The notes beneath the pieces were generated by a model. It did no database searches. It worked only from the letters and a program-made list of their open reading frames with translations, and was not told where the DNA came from. Below, piece after piece: positions 41,463 through 55,503 of a stretch of 64,000 bases of DNA (the first letter of the stretch is position 1; each line of letters begins with the position of its first letter). Origin of the DNA: Podarcis melisellensis (lineage: Eukaryota); the NCBI GenBank assembly GCA_964234715.1, contig OZ174277.1; one strand, written 5' to 3'. The position numbers and the translations under genes were made by a program.

Positions 41463-41463
41463 A

Positions 41464-41537
<74 letters not shown>

Positions 41538-41538
41538 C
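41463..41538. repeat. Compound (AAT)n(AAC)n microsatellite, probably the tail of a minus-strand L2 remnant
   Basis: Direct observation. The adjacent cctgcccatctgactg is the reverse complement of the L2 3' end seen near 25430. Confidence 0.9.
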
Positions 41539-43454
41539 CTGCCCATCTGACTGTATGTATAAAGGGATAGAGGGCTGGTGCATAAAACTGCTCACTTGTG
41601 GTGAATAAGGGAGTCATTACACATTGCTGCAATTTTGCCTGTCCCACATTGTCTTCTATTCTCTTCCATTTAGCAACTGATGGCTGGAGAAAAGCTTCAA
41701 GTTAGGGGTAAACAGAGCTATTTTGTACCGCATAAAGTAAATGGGATTATTGTTACAGACAAGGAAGAATTAAAGCCAGCATAGCTTGCTAAAACACTGA
41801 AGGTCAGACAAGGAGTTAGATGCCAAGATCTGGAAGCTGGCAGGCAAGAGCTAATGCTGAGACTGCCAGAAGACAAAGCAAGTTTATAAGCATTTGAGGC
41901 TTAAGGTGAGAAAGCACCAGAGTTGCTGCCCCAAAGTGGTTTGATACCAACCAATGCTTAAAGTGCAGCAAGCTGCGGGGGGGGGGGGGATACTTGGCTC
42001 CGTTCTTGTCCTTGTGCTGCAGAGACTTCTTAAAAGATCAAGATCAAGCATTAATCTGAATACTTCAGCATCCCTGTGACACCTCTGATGGATCTTCCTT
42101 TGCTTTGTATCTATTCATTCTGATGAGGGAGGTTATATATCCTTAATTTCAAAAGATTTCAGGTTTCTGAGGAAAGTGCCTGAGGTTGGACACCATTCTG
42201 GAAATCTTCTGCTAGTTACACATTTGGAATCTGTGAAACTCTTGAGATATTTGCTTTCTCTGTGACATCAGATGGGTCCTGGCTACCAAATGACTCATTT
42301 TTCATGAAGATGAGGCCATCAAAAGTAAAAGGAAAGAAATGACTGCCCCATACAGACACCCTTTTACAGTTGCAGGGCTTTGTTTTGTTGGTTATCTATT
42401 TATCATTCTGGAAATAATTCTGCTACAGCAATTGAACTGGGACTCAAAAGCCATCTCAAAAGTGTGCCTCGATGCCACTTCTTTTGCCATTGTCCTCAGC
42501 TGCAATCTTGACCCAATGATTACTGAATGCTATTACTGTTTCAAGCCACTGTCTAGCCTGAAGCTTTCTCAGTAATTTAAGCTATTTCTGCTGAATCAGA
42601 CCCAAAAGTCTCCTAAGGGAATATCACAATTTCTCAGTGTAATTGAATATAAAATTGCATTTGAATAATAATCTCTCATTTTTAACTGCTGGTCTAAATT
42701 CTGAATCATTTTGTATGTGTTTATTGGTACCCCTTTCCCCACCTTTTCTCATTTAGAATGTTAAAGAAGCAATTGCCTAATTTGCTATGACTTTCCTTAT
42801 GATTCACCTCCACATGTTGCCAGTTTTCTCTATCTGCCCAAATTAGTGCCTTTACCATGAGTCATTGCAACCACAACACAATAGATCTGAGAACGTAAAT
42901 ATGCTGTTGAACTGAAAGCCAAAGAATGTAGGCAGTATATAAATATCCTATAGAAAATTCCTATGCTGTTTGGAAATGTTTGGAAATTCCATTTTCCTTT
43001 TCCCAGAAAACACTCTATATAAACAGAGTGTTTATATTACCCTCATTTTTCCTAAACGGTCTTTGTGTGTGCAATCTACCTGAAACAACTCATCGATTAT
43101 GCCTACATAAACAACAAAAGCCCTTAGAAAAAAATATTGAGATCAAAAGCCTGTCAAATACTATGCAGGAAAGCAAAATCCTGTATGAACTCTTTCAAGC
43201 CTGATTTCAGTCCAGCCAGATAAAAAACAAAGGATTTCATATTACAAACTATATAACATTACTTTATTTTTGGAACTTAATCAAAAGGTTTTCTTCTCCA
43301 TCTCTGTATTAGACTTTGTTCAAGAATTCAAAAGAAAAACAAGGGTGCTCAACCTCTTGCTTTTCTTGTAGGTAAATGCCCTTGTAGGTAAATGTCCTTA
43401 TAGAAAACCATTATCAATTTCAATTTCAGTGGATTTCTTCTCCACTCCTTGGAC

Positions 43455-43810
43455 ATTGGTGCCTCAGGGTCCTATTCTGCCCGCTACCCTATTCTTTACA
43501 TGAAACCACTGGGATAAGTCATGGGGCAGTTTGGCTCTTCCTCATTTTTCCACCTGCTCATCTCAGAAGACTGCTGACTTGGTGACAGGAGGGGTTGCCA
43601 GGTTGGATGAAGGTGAACAACTGAAACTTCATCTGGATAAGACAGATGTGCTGTCAGCTGGGAAATTGTCCACTCTCAAGGGAGGTGTTCAACCAAGACC
43701 CAGATGGGCTTGCACTTCCTCTGAAGAGCCAGCTTCACAGCTTGGGTGTAATCTTGAACTTGGCAGTAACTGGAGCAGTTCAGGTTGGCCCAGGAATGAC
43801 GTTTAACAGC
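43455..43810 (+). mobile_element. Degenerate L2 reverse-transcriptase fragment
   Basis: ggtgcctcagggtcctattctg (GVPQG-like) and QLKLHLDKTDVL remnants. Confidence 0.6.
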
Positions 43811-44151
43811 TTTGTCTAATACCCTACCTGTGACTGGGCTATCCTATCCCCATATGGTTTTTAACTTTATTCCTTAATCAACTTTCTAGTTTTTTTTGTT
43901 TTTTTTTCTTTTTTTGGTGATCAGAGAGCTCTTCAAAGCTGCCATCAGATTAATTTGGAGATTATATGACTCCTTATGGAAAGAACTGAGTTTTTTTTCT
44001 CCAGAGCTTGGAAAAAGTCTCTCAAGTAGTAGGAGCAGCAGCTAGGAACCTTATCCAACTCACATTTTAATGTGAGCCAGAAAAGAATTCAGGGGCTTTA
44101 AAATCCTGCCACTCATTTGAGGTAGGCTGTTACAAACCCCCCCCCCCCCGG

Positions 44152-44239
44152 AGTCATCTTTGGCAATCACTCATAGCCGTGTAAGATTGTCTTCCATGAA
44201 CACGGTCTTAACAGTGAGTCTGTAAGTGACTGTGGAGGC
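44152..44239. mobile_element. Short RTE-type LINE terminal fragment
   Basis: gtcatctttggcaatcactcatagccgtgtaagattgtcttccatgaacacgg... resembles a lizard RTE-type end as I recall it. Not database-checked. Confidence 0.45.
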
Positions 44240-45000
44240 TTCAGAGACAGTGATGATAGCTCTTGTTTCTTAGCTGATGGTACACTACTACTGAAGACAC
44301 CCAACAGCATTTCTTTCAAAGTATTTCACATCAATCCCAAAGTACAAAGTTCTAACCTTTAGAAATAATAATAATTAGAAAGTTCTAAATGGAAAGGAAA
44401 ATCACAATAACTATCATATTCGTTCCTATAGGAAATATCAGTCTGAGTTCTCCAGCAATTGGCTTGGAAACCTGAAAAAGCTAAAATGGAGGTGAGAAAT
44501 AAGCCATGGATTATGAAGTACACTTTTGTGGCATTTTCTGTGAACGTGACCCAAACATTTTACAGAATTCCTTAGATTTTGTTTTCAAAACATGTGGCCT
44601 TTCAAAGACAATTTGCAAGTGAAATAAACCAGAAAACTGAACACATCATATTTTTAATACTTTGAAAAGTATCACCATGTATTTGGAGACAAGTCAAAGC
44701 ACAGCTTCAGCTTCCAGCTTTATGAAATTGTCAAGAAACAAATGTTAGGAAATTGTTTCCTACACAGAATATGAACTCATCAGAAATATATATTTAAAAG
44801 TCAAAAACTGCCTCTACTATCATTTAGAAATGGAACACAGAACAGGTAGAGGTGTTCTGAAATGCAATGCCAATTGATTGAGCTAATCTACACATATCTG
44901 TGGTTTCAAAATAGACTCTTTATTCACCATGTCGAAACATTGTTTCCATAACCTTCTTTTGATAAATCTTGGAAAGGTTCAGTGGCACCTCATTATTTAC

Positions 45001-45093
45001 CTTGACTAATGAATTTCTCCATGCTGTCTTTAAAAGGCTGGATGTGTTCTTCTAATGAAAACTGGCAAACTTTGCCCGCTTCTGTCTCACATC
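45001..45093 (-). CDS. FMN2: Formin-2 coding exon ([31 protein letters not shown]), 93 nt, phase 1/1
   Basis: Manual translation. Acceptor ttttcAG, donor GTaaat. HxQPFK motif typical of FMN-family FH2. Confidence 0.95.
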
Positions 45094-48000
45094 CTGAAAA
45101 TTGAAGTAACACACTGCATTAGAATGAGATTCATTACAAACAGACTTAAGCCCCAGTATTGGCACTTACATCTGATCCCACGAACTGTTGGCTCCAGCAA
45201 GCTTTTATGACTGTTATGCAATCACATGCAAATTCAACTGAAATAGTGTCAGACCCGTTTTGGATTGGCACAGTCAGTGCCACTTTACTATGAATAGGAA
45301 CTCTCAGGAACATGGCATGGATGGAGAGAGAGACAGAGCTATGCCACACTGATTCACCTACATGTCAAAATAAGCCATTGTAATTTTCACCAATCCTCCT
45401 GCCTCCATTCTACATTCCATACTGTTTCAGCACTGAAACAGTATGGAATGTAGAATGGAGGCCTAAAGCATGAGGACTGGTGAAAATTAGATGCCTTTAC
45501 TTGTGTGTGTGAAAGTGTGTGTGAAAGTGCTTTCCACTAGTTTACCACGACCACTGGATGCAACCCAATGACCATAGTCTATTCAGATTCCTGGGGCCTA
45601 GGTTTGGTATCTGTGGACAAGACTGTAAGAAATGTGAATAATTGCACTTTTTAAAAAAAAAAAAAGTTTAACCAACATTTACTGCCTGGTAGGAAACTTA
45701 AAAACAAAACTTACATCTGTCTAAGAGAAGTAGTCTCATAAAATATATACACATATGCAAAGTAAACCATATTTCTAAACTTTGTGGAATTGACTACTCG
45801 GCTACAGTAATTTACCAAGGCTCAGATCACACACACTTGTAAACATGCTTAACTATACTACCATGTGAATTCTATTGACCTCAATGAAACCATTCATGCT
45901 TACAAAGTTAAAAATATACTTAAGTGTTCATAGGCTCAGTGCCTAAACAAATGCAATGCTAGGTCAATTTCACAGCAAGTGCAAGAGCTGCAGTGCAATA
46001 TAAACTTCATTTGATAGACTATGTGGTCTCTGACTTTTGTTGTGTCTTCAGGCAAAACCAAAATGCTTTATGTGCTTATTTTTTGTGGCAGCTATGGCAT
46101 AGTACAGTAATGATAAAGGATACTCTATATCTTCTCCAAATGACTGAGAGCTGGAATAACTCCTCTTTAAGGAAAGCTTACCACATTTAGGGATTTTTAA
46201 TTTAGAAGAAAAAGATGAGTGTGTAGGGTGTGTGATAGAAGTGTATAAGATTTGACAAATCCATGATTAGTAAGGCTATCAATAGCTGGTAGTTATGATA
46301 GCCCATGCACTATCAGAACAGTATGCTTCTAAACAGCAGTTGCCTGCAGTCATGAGCAGGGAAATATTCCTTAGTTCATTTCCTCCTTGTGGGCTTCCTA
46401 CAGTTGTCTGTTGTCAGAACAGAATGCTGGTCTAGAAGGCATTGGTCTTACCCAGAAGGCTATTCTTATATTCCTAATGAAAAATAGTTTTCATCTTCAA
46501 AATGCTCAAGAAGGCCTTGCAGATCCCAGAAAAGAATCTTGCAAATATATTCCAAATGTTTCAAGAAGCTAACATATATGTTTTGGTTATTCTCAGCTGG
46601 TGGCTCCTAGCAAATAATCACATTTCATGACTGCTTTGAAGTTTAGGTCATCTGCAGCTTATCCTTACCTCAAACCTGTATCCTCCCCTACAGCAAACCA
46701 GTGTGAATAGCTGCCACCAGCAGGCAAAACAAAAGCCTTCTATCCACTACCATCCCAGGCACAATTCTTTATGTGTAAGAAGTAATAAGCACATATTTAT
46801 CATAAGGTTAAGTGGGTTACTAGCTTGCTTAGAGAGTGACCAGACTTTTAATTTAAACCACAATCTCTGGTTCATATATAACATTAAGCTATGAACATGA
46901 AGGTAAATGCTACCAAATGCTTCTCCCAGCCATGTGGGATGAGAAAGGATGGGGAACTACGAGTCAGAGGTTTGCTCAGGCTCAATTCTGCTAAACCATG
47001 GTTTAGCATTGCCTGTGAACTGAGCCTATGTTTCACTATCAGGTTTCAGAAAACAATGCTCTACTACAATTTATGGAAGAAGGCAATCAGATGCAGTGTT
47101 ACATTCATTTTATTTTAATTAACAAAATTATAGACCACATTAAAAAAATAAGTTATTTGCACAAGACTGAAATATTTATAAGAAAACGCCAATAAAATCA
47201 TCAGTCTTTAAAAACACTTAACCATAATTAAATGATCAGCATATAGATATAATCTGTATTGTTTCTAGCCAATGCACACAGCAATGAATGATGGTTAAGC
47301 AACATTCCATGATACCTGGACCACTGTCAGCACAGGAAGAATATCAGCTAATTTGCCAAGATGTTGATACTTTAAATGCAGTATTGGATTCTGTGAAAAT
47401 CCACATTCATCCAATGAGAAAAAACTGTGCAAGGTATTAATTTGCCTCCAGTCTTAAACCCATTTACTAGGGAGTAAGATCCACTGAATTTATGGAGGCT
47501 TATTTCAAAAGAAATATGCATACAATTGTACTATTTGTGAATCAGTCAAAAGACAAGAGCTGAACAAACATATGATCAAGGTAAATTTCTGATTTGATAT
47601 TCATGGCATTCAGTCATATTTCAGCTTAATTTTGTAGGTTGAGGGGTGCATGCCATAATTCATAATATGTCAGATGTCATGCATCTGGGTATAAGTCTAC
47701 AAATATACATCCAAATTTGCTCACATTTGAAGAATCTGCCCTTTCGGTTAGACAGTGAGAAAAATGGTGAGCACTTCTTATTTGGGTACTTTGAAAAGTT
47801 CCCCCAAATTTATTTTCAGAAATATATTAGGGATATAGGTCTTACATATTCCTGGAAAGAGAAACGCCATCTGATCTGAGTACTGCAGAGTCATATAGAA
47901 ATGCTTGAAGTCGGTAACTTTAAAGGGAGTTCAAATTTAATGCAGGGAAACGAAGCCAGGTTTATCTGAATTGCACACTTTTCCATGAGAAGAGAAAGAC

Positions 48001-51000
48001 CTCTCAATTTTCTTTTATTTATTTTTTTGGTATTGTTAGGACTTATGCTAAGGACTGTTGAAGCTTCAAAAGCCTCTACAGACAGCTCCTTGTTTGGAGT
48101 TTTAAGGACAGTAAAACATGACTCACAGATTGACTGAAATCCTGGCTTTATTTTACATATGGTTTAGGTTTAGGAGTCTGCATGCAGTGATGTTTCAGTC
48201 AATTAACCCTTTCAGCAATGTTTGCACAGGCTACTGAAGTATGTGGGTGCAGCACTAATGATTAGCTTGCCACAGCAATGTTTTACGTGGAAATCCTAAG
48301 AGGTTTTTAAGCAGCGGTCATGAAAACCACTGTTGAGTTGAGTAGTCCTATTACCTTGAAATGAATTATGTCAATATTAGCAGTGTATGTGGGTTGTAGT
48401 TCATTAGCCTTCAGGACCATAGCCTTAAAGTACTCTTACATGCAGGCAGCCCATGTCAAAGTGACATGGACTCAGCACGACACGAAAAGCAGCAGCAGGA
48501 GGGCTCCTGACAAGAAGTCTGCATCAACCTCTATAGGAACTACTGACCTGGGTCTGCTCTGGGTGAGCCAGAATGCAACTGGTCAGATCTAGGAAGATTG
48601 TTTTGTATTTCTGAGGTCTGAAGTTTATCTGACACACCACCTCTCAGCTATAAAAATGACTTTCCCTCCTTAAAACACACACAGAAATCAGTTATTACAG
48701 GACTGAAGTCATTTCTAGAAGAAGAATGGAGAACACTTAGAAAAACGGTGAAAAGTACATAGCATAATGCAAAAGTGATATGTCTATGGAGGTTATACCA
48801 AAATTGTAAACCACTACAAAATGGGTACAGAAACATAAGCATGTTTAAGTGTCTGACTGTGTCAGGATTACCCTTACTGTCTTTTAATTGATTCTAGTGC
48901 ACAGATTTCTGCATGAACATGAAGGGGGCAGATGGAGACGTAGAGAAGGAAAGCCATTCCTTTATAGAAGAGTCTTTGCTTACATTTCAATCCAGCATCT
49001 TCAATGCACAACTGGTGAACTTAATTTTTCATTGTAAACTGCATCTGAATGTATACTGGACCAATCCACACAATCAGTGTGATGTGTTTGCAGTAATGTC
49101 ACCCAAAGTCTTCTTTTTACTAAGCAAGATCCACACCCCTGTGAACTTGTTAAGACAGCAAATCCGTGTTTCTGGAAAGAGGATGATATCCCTCTGTAGC
49201 CTATTCCACCTCCATGCACACCCAGTAGCCTATTCTACCTCCATGCATGAACACCCAGTAGCTGAAAATGTTACACCCCCTGTTGCAGATGGGGTTTCAA
49301 CTGTTGAACTGTGGCAGTGCTGAGCTGCAATTATGTCATACATTAATATATCCACATGACTAGTCACAATTTAGTCCAAGGATCAGCACATTTTTGGGTC
49401 TGTGTGGGCACAACAGCAAACTAGAGAACCTATTGTGAGCAACACACACACCCCACAACCTATTGGCTATAATAAAATGTTTCTTTCAAGCCTACTTTGA
49501 GTGGGTGTGGGACAGGAGAACATGTGAGCACCAGGTAAGCACCTGTTGGTGCATATGAGCCCCCAGACACCACACTGGAAATCCCTGATCTAGTTTTATC
49601 TATGCTCATTGATTATGCTCCTAATCAATTTTGGAGCCTTTTTTTTAAAAAAAAAGAAATAGTTTGCAATGGAACATCTTCCAATGTGCCTAAATATACT
49701 TTTTTCAATGACAGAAAGTCATTATACTTTTTTCAATGATTGAAAGTAGTGGAACTGCAGCCAAAAGTACTGGGACTTGAATATATACTCATTTCAGCAA
49801 TATCTTCAACAAACGCTAAGATGCGAGGGGTGGGGAACCCTGCAGGAGTTGACACAAAGTCCTAAACTTAAAATTCTCCTGTATCATTCCAATGCAGTAG
49901 CAGCCTTTCTCTTTAACAAAGCAAGTTGATTTAAGTATTGTAGCAAGTGCTAAAATTTCAAGTGTGGAATGACAGAGTTACTGAAAGTTATTACTCGACA
50001 TGACTGCATCTAGGAGGTCTGCTGACAGCCCGGAGAGATCAAAAGCAGATCAGGTTGCTTAACAAACTATATGTCACTGAACTGAGAAAGGCTAAACTGA
50101 GAATCCTGGAGAGCTGTGAAATTGGGGAGCAATTGATGGAGCCGAACCAGTAGATATATTAATAAAATCCCAAGCTGTCTCGGGTCCTTTGTTTATTAGA
50201 GTGTCTGGTACATAACAGATTAATGTCCAGCCACATAATGCTTTAAAACAAGGGCAGAAGAAATTGGGGGCAGCAGAACAGAATGATTAGTGAAATGTTA
50301 CATAGTTATGAAAACTGGACCTGAAATTCGTGCTCTAAAATAGAAGAAATACCCCAATATGCTCTTTTGAACGTCTAAAATTGCATCTTCTTTACATAAT
50401 ACCTCTGAAGTTCCCCCTCATGCCAGTATTAGCAGTCTCCAGTGCACAGTACTGCTCTTAAAACAAACAGGGAAAATAAAAAGAAGGAACCTGTGCAATC
50501 ATCCTGAAAACATATATAAAAACAATCTATCCCCACAAAATTTTCCCTTTTAAGCACATGTGCACCCAAGCTTATCATTCTGATTACACACCATAAAGAA
50601 AACATTTTACATTATTATAAAAATAGTTTTAAGTTAGCATGATTTCCCACAGATTGCTAATACGCTGAGACAGTCAGATGTAGCCCCACAAGCTAGCTGT
50701 TGCTCCGTTTTTATGTAGCACAACTTTCAAAATATAGGTAGGAATTTCAGAGGAAATAGCAATCACATTGCATGATTAGATTTGGAAGGGCAGAAACAAA
50801 TGCACGTTACACCCAGCAATTACTGGGAAATAAGCGGTGCAGGTATACCACTTTGGAAATTATTTTGTACACCAACTTTGCTCATTAATATAGTCATTCT
50901 TATTTTCTCAGTTGTGGAGAGAGAAGTACAAACCAACAGTTTTATACTTAGGTCTCAATGAAAAGTCTGATTTAGAATCTGAGCAGATAGATGACTCTCA

Positions 51001-51342
51001 GACTGGTTCAGTGCTAGCTCTTCCATGGACCCTATGAACTTGTCCCTATCTTATTTTTGGTCTTGTCGTTGTCCTCCCTTTGCGAGCCTTACCAAACAAG
51101 TTAAGCTTTCTACTACTAAACGTGGGATACAAGACACAGAAGTGGTATGGTCCTCCTTGCTCATGACTCAGTTGAAGAAATTTCCTGTCGGTCTCAGCAT
51201 GGATTTGCCCACAAATCAGGAACTAAAAGGTGCTGGATAAGTGTCTGGAGCTAGGATAAAGCTTATGGCTTACATCTTAACCCAACTTCCACTGTCAGGA
51301 TCATCAGGCGGGCAGGGTTTCCATTCACAGGATGTACAAATG

Positions 51343-51625
51343 AACATAAGAGGAGCCCTTCTGGATCAAGCCAAAGGCCCATCTAGCCAAGCATTTAATT
51401 AGCTAAAGGCCTGGGAGAAGAGGAATGCTTTGCCTGGTGCCTAAAGATGCGTAACGTAGGTGCTAGGTGAGCCTCCCTGGGGAAAGCAGGTTGTCAAGAT
51501 GTTCTCATGATGGCCAGCCAGATGCCTATGGGAAGCCTGCAAGCAGGACTGGAGTGCTACAGTACTCTCCTCAATTGTCATTCCCAGCAACTAGTATTCA
51601 GATGCACAGTGCCTCTGACTACAAG
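51343..51625 (-). mobile_element. CR1-type 3' end fragment (similar old copies near 36359-36545, 46260-46475, 56020-56570)
   Basis: gaacataagaggagcccttctggatcaagccaaaggcccatctag is the reverse complement of the reptile CR1 3' terminus (...ttcttatgttc). Confidence 0.6.
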
Positions 51626-52799
51626 CAGAAGGGAAGCGCGGGGTTTTACTGATCTATCCTTCCCCCTCTGCCCCTTGAAAATCTGTTCCAGAAGGTTGGA
51701 TGAATTTCTGGAGCAGAATGAGAGGCATGTAGGTAGCTGCAGGGAAAGGGGAGATGGGCAAAAAATGCTGCTTCACCCATGAACTTGAGCAGGAGCCCCT
51801 GCTCGATCCCAGTTCCCTTCATGAATGGAAGGATTCTTCCGTTTGTGTAGGGCTAGGTCGGATCCAGGCCTCTGGATGTAAGTTTTACTAGCTCAGGGGA
51901 GACAGCGTGTGACAAGGCCTTCTCCATGGCAGTGCCCCATCTATGGAACACCTTCCCCAAGAAGATGCCTCTGCCCCTCATACTGATGACGTTTAGACCC
52001 AAACTGAAGACATATTTGTTTAGTCAGACTTTTCAGATATGAATCTCAACCAAAATTTCAGCAGCTGGCATTGTTTTTGTGTTTTTTTGTTTCTTTCTTT
52101 TAGAGATGTATTTTTAGATGTTTTTAATTATTGCTTGATTATCCTTCTGTGTTGTTCACTGTCCTATGCTGTCACAGCAGGAAGGGCCATAAAGAAAGAA
52201 AACTGATGGCAAGGAGCATATATGACAATATGCATGAGGAAAATAAGAGTATGCTTGAGCGTCTATGTACATGCAAGGAATCTGTGTTTGTGCAAGTAAG
52301 AAAGAGATATATGGTGGGGAATGGGGAGTAAGAGTACATATCTGTTTAGTTTTAAAGTTATTCGGAACCCTCCCTCCCCACAAAAAGTGTATTCAGCTAT
52401 TAAGATGAGCATCCAATGGTTTATAAAACTTGCAAAAGCCATCGATAAATTCAGCTAAAGCCATTAAAAGGATTCTTTTCGTCAAGTCAAATTGCACTAG
52501 CTTTAATGCCATGCTAAATTTGCTGCTTTGAAAACCTCAGAAAATTGTTTCCTCATGTGAGAAGAAACTCATGTCATGTTTTTCCAACTGCTTGTGACTC
52601 TTAAGAGCTTTATCTTGCAACCTTAATCACCAGTCTCCATTTAGAATGACATTGCTTGACTGTCATGTGCAGGACCAGCATTATATTAAGCCAGAAGCAA
52701 CCGAGAGATACTGCACGGTTTCAGATTGGCTTGTACAACTGAGAAGCAGGGGAAATCTCTATTAATAATGGCAATCTCAGAACTTGATTATTGCAAGGT

Positions 52800-53450
52800 G
52801 GGGTGACTCTTGGGCCTCATCCCAAGGCTCTAGCTGATGTGAAATGCTGCGGTGAGGCTTGTTGGGGACAGACACTACTTGTGCTCCAAAGCTTGCACTG
52901 GCTGCCCACATGCTACAGGGGCAGCTTCACGACTCTTAATAGTCTTAATTAAAAAAGGTAAAGGGACCCCTGACCATTAGGTCCAGTCACAGACGACTCT
53001 GGGGTTGCGGCGCTCATCTCGCTTTATTGGCCGAGGGAGCCAGCGTACAGCTTCCGGGTCATGTGGCCAGCATGACTAAGCCGCTTCTGGCGAACCAGAG
53101 CAGCGCACGGAAACACTGTTTACCTTCCCGCCAGAGCAGTACCTATTTATCTACTTGCACTTTGATGTGCTCTCAAACTGCTAGGTTGGCAGGTGAGTCT
53201 TAATTTACAAGGTCCTTAATACAAGGTCCAGGATATCTGATGCTTTATAGCCCTGCTCAATCACTGTGTACTTCAGGGGAGCCTCTATTAGTGGTCCCCA
53301 TGGCTCATATACTTGGCTTGAATCCACAAGGAGCTGTGCTTTCAGCATTGTGGGTCCAATTTTCTGGAATTCCCTTCCAAGTGAGGTCAGACAGCCCCCT
53401 ATCCCTCCTGAACTTTCAGTGCTTACTGAACACTTAAAATAAAAATCCAC
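52800..53450 (+). mobile_element. Old L2 3' fragment split by the Sauria SINE at 52951
   Basis: ttgcactggctgccc (LHWLP) lies before the SINE; tacaaggtcctt...ttctggaattcccttcca (WNSLP) lies after it. Confidence 0.55.
52951..53195 (-). mobile_element. Sauria SINE, 5'-truncated, inserted into an L2 fragment
   Basis: Same body as the 11997 copy. 10-bp TSD agtcttaatt at 52941-52950 and 53196-53205. Confidence 0.9.
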
Positions 53451-54258
53451 CAGGATCTTTAATTGTGGGACTCTGAAGAACATTTCTTAAAGGATCCAAC
53501 ACCAGCTTCTGGAATTGGAAAAGCAGAACCATTTCAAAGCATTATATCCAACAGCCATCTCAGACAGATATCATGGTCATTGGTATCAAAAGCCGCTAAG
53601 AATTCCAAGAGAACAACAAAGGCAGTTTCAGTTCCAAACCGGGTCTGAAACCTGTCTGAAATATATCTACCAAATCAGATTCATCTTGTAATGACATGTT
53701 CAGCCACCAAGACAAGAATATTAGCAACTGTCTATGGTTAAATAAACATCTGTCTTGTTGAATATATGTCGTGGTTTAAGACCATCCTGCTGCTTTGGAG
53801 AGCTAGATTAACAGAACAATCCTATACATGTCAACTCATAAATTAGCTCCACTGTGTTCAGCAGAACTTATTTCCAGGACTGCAGCCTAAATAGCCCATC
53901 AAGAATACTCTGGCACTTATAACAATTTATATATTAAGCTCTGTGTTCTTAAATATTGTGCCATGCTTTCTGTGCAAGTTATTTCAGATTTTCTACGTGA
54001 TATGTCAGAAATTCCAAATGATGACTTCCCTCACAGCCCATTCACCTTCTCAAGACAAACCACATAAGTTATGTAGAATAACTGTTTTCTCTTCTGCAGA
54101 AGCTTGGTTTTGCAATCAATTGCTGATAACATTCACTTGAAGGCTTTTATTCATATCTGTGACATACATTTGGCTTTATGGGCATCATATCTTTCAAACT
54201 TTAGATACACAGAAAGAAATCTTCTAAATGTTTCTCAAAAGGGACTGCAAACACGTAC

Positions 54259-54379
54259 CTCGCAAGTCTTTTTTAAGTTTGCGGAGATCCTTCTGAAACT
54301 CTTCAAATTTTAACTGAGTAGCTTGAAAAAGGTCCTGTGGCTCTGGAAGAGGGAAGATGCACTGCTCTTTTCCAGCATC
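54259..54379 (-). CDS. FMN2: Formin-2 coding exon ([40 protein letters not shown]), 121 nt, phase 0/1
   Basis: Visible inside ORF 54224-54436. Acceptor tgtcAG, donor GTacgt. Confidence 0.96.
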
Positions 54380-55443
54380 CTGACAAAGCATAAAATAAAT
54401 AATATTAAAATATTTGCAACTGAGGTATGAGCTCAACTTTTAACACCTACTTATTAAAGCAAATATAGTATCTAAGCAGTCAAGGTACAGGCTTGTTAAT
54501 ACCAGATAAATGGAATCCAACAAGCAAATGGGCAATAACACTTGGTAGCTCATTGTGTGCTTGTGGAAAAGATGAACTAGTCTCCAACTATATTTAAAAA
54601 GGTAAAAAGTAGAGTAAAGTGGCCGGAGCCTCAAGATGAGTGGGATAGCTGTATTTTTCCAGCTGTAAAGCAGATGGAGACCAGGGCATAGTTACACAAG
54701 AACAGGGACTAGAAACCTGTAGCCATCCAGATGTTGTTGGACTACAACAGCCATTATCCCTGACCATTGGGCTAACAACCTCTGAAGAGAGGGAAGAGAC
54801 AGCTTTCTCATCCCTGCGTTGAAAGATGAACCGAAGCTCCCTGTGCCCATTAAGCCCAGTAGTAATATGACTTGATATTTATTTCCAGATTCATTTCTGC
54901 AAAAATGATGTACACATTTTCTCAGGGAAGGAGGCCTGAGCTAGTACTGTTGCCTTCTCAAAAATATGGATATCCCAGAGTAACATGAGATTGCAATTTC
55001 CAATTCTAATTTCAGTGTATGCAATTTTTTATGCATGATTGTGAAGTATTAGTTTTTGTTGTAGATGGCATGTACAATCTTGAATGGATTGTTTTGGCAG
55101 ATGTCTCTGACGCCACTGAGGGGTAAGCTTCAATCTACCCTTCTGGTAGTTTTTCTTTTAAAAAAAACATGTTATTTTGCTTATTGTATTTTTATACTGT
55201 TGTAACCCACTCTGGGTCCTTAGGGTGAAGAGCGGGTTAGAAATCTAATCTAATAACCATAACAACAGCAACAACATTTCACCTCAAAAACATATCCACA
55301 TTCCTAGCAGATAATGGTCAATCAAAGCTATATGCAGAGCATACTGTCACACTTAAACCACTAGAAGACAGTGAATTAAGCTTCAGTGACAGAAGCAAGA
55401 AAACCAAACCAAAATAAGTTAAAATGGAGAAATTTATACCTAC

Positions 55444-55503
55444 CTCATCAAAATTACGCAAATAATATGATACGATATATGACAGAAGACTTCTGCTGTT
55501 GTC
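55444..55503 (-). CDS. FMN2: Formin-2 coding exon (DNSRSLLSYIVSYYLRNFDE), 60 nt, phase 0/0
   Basis: Manual translation of the minus strand. Acceptor tacAG, donor GTaggt. Continues the previous exon in frame. Confidence 0.96.
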
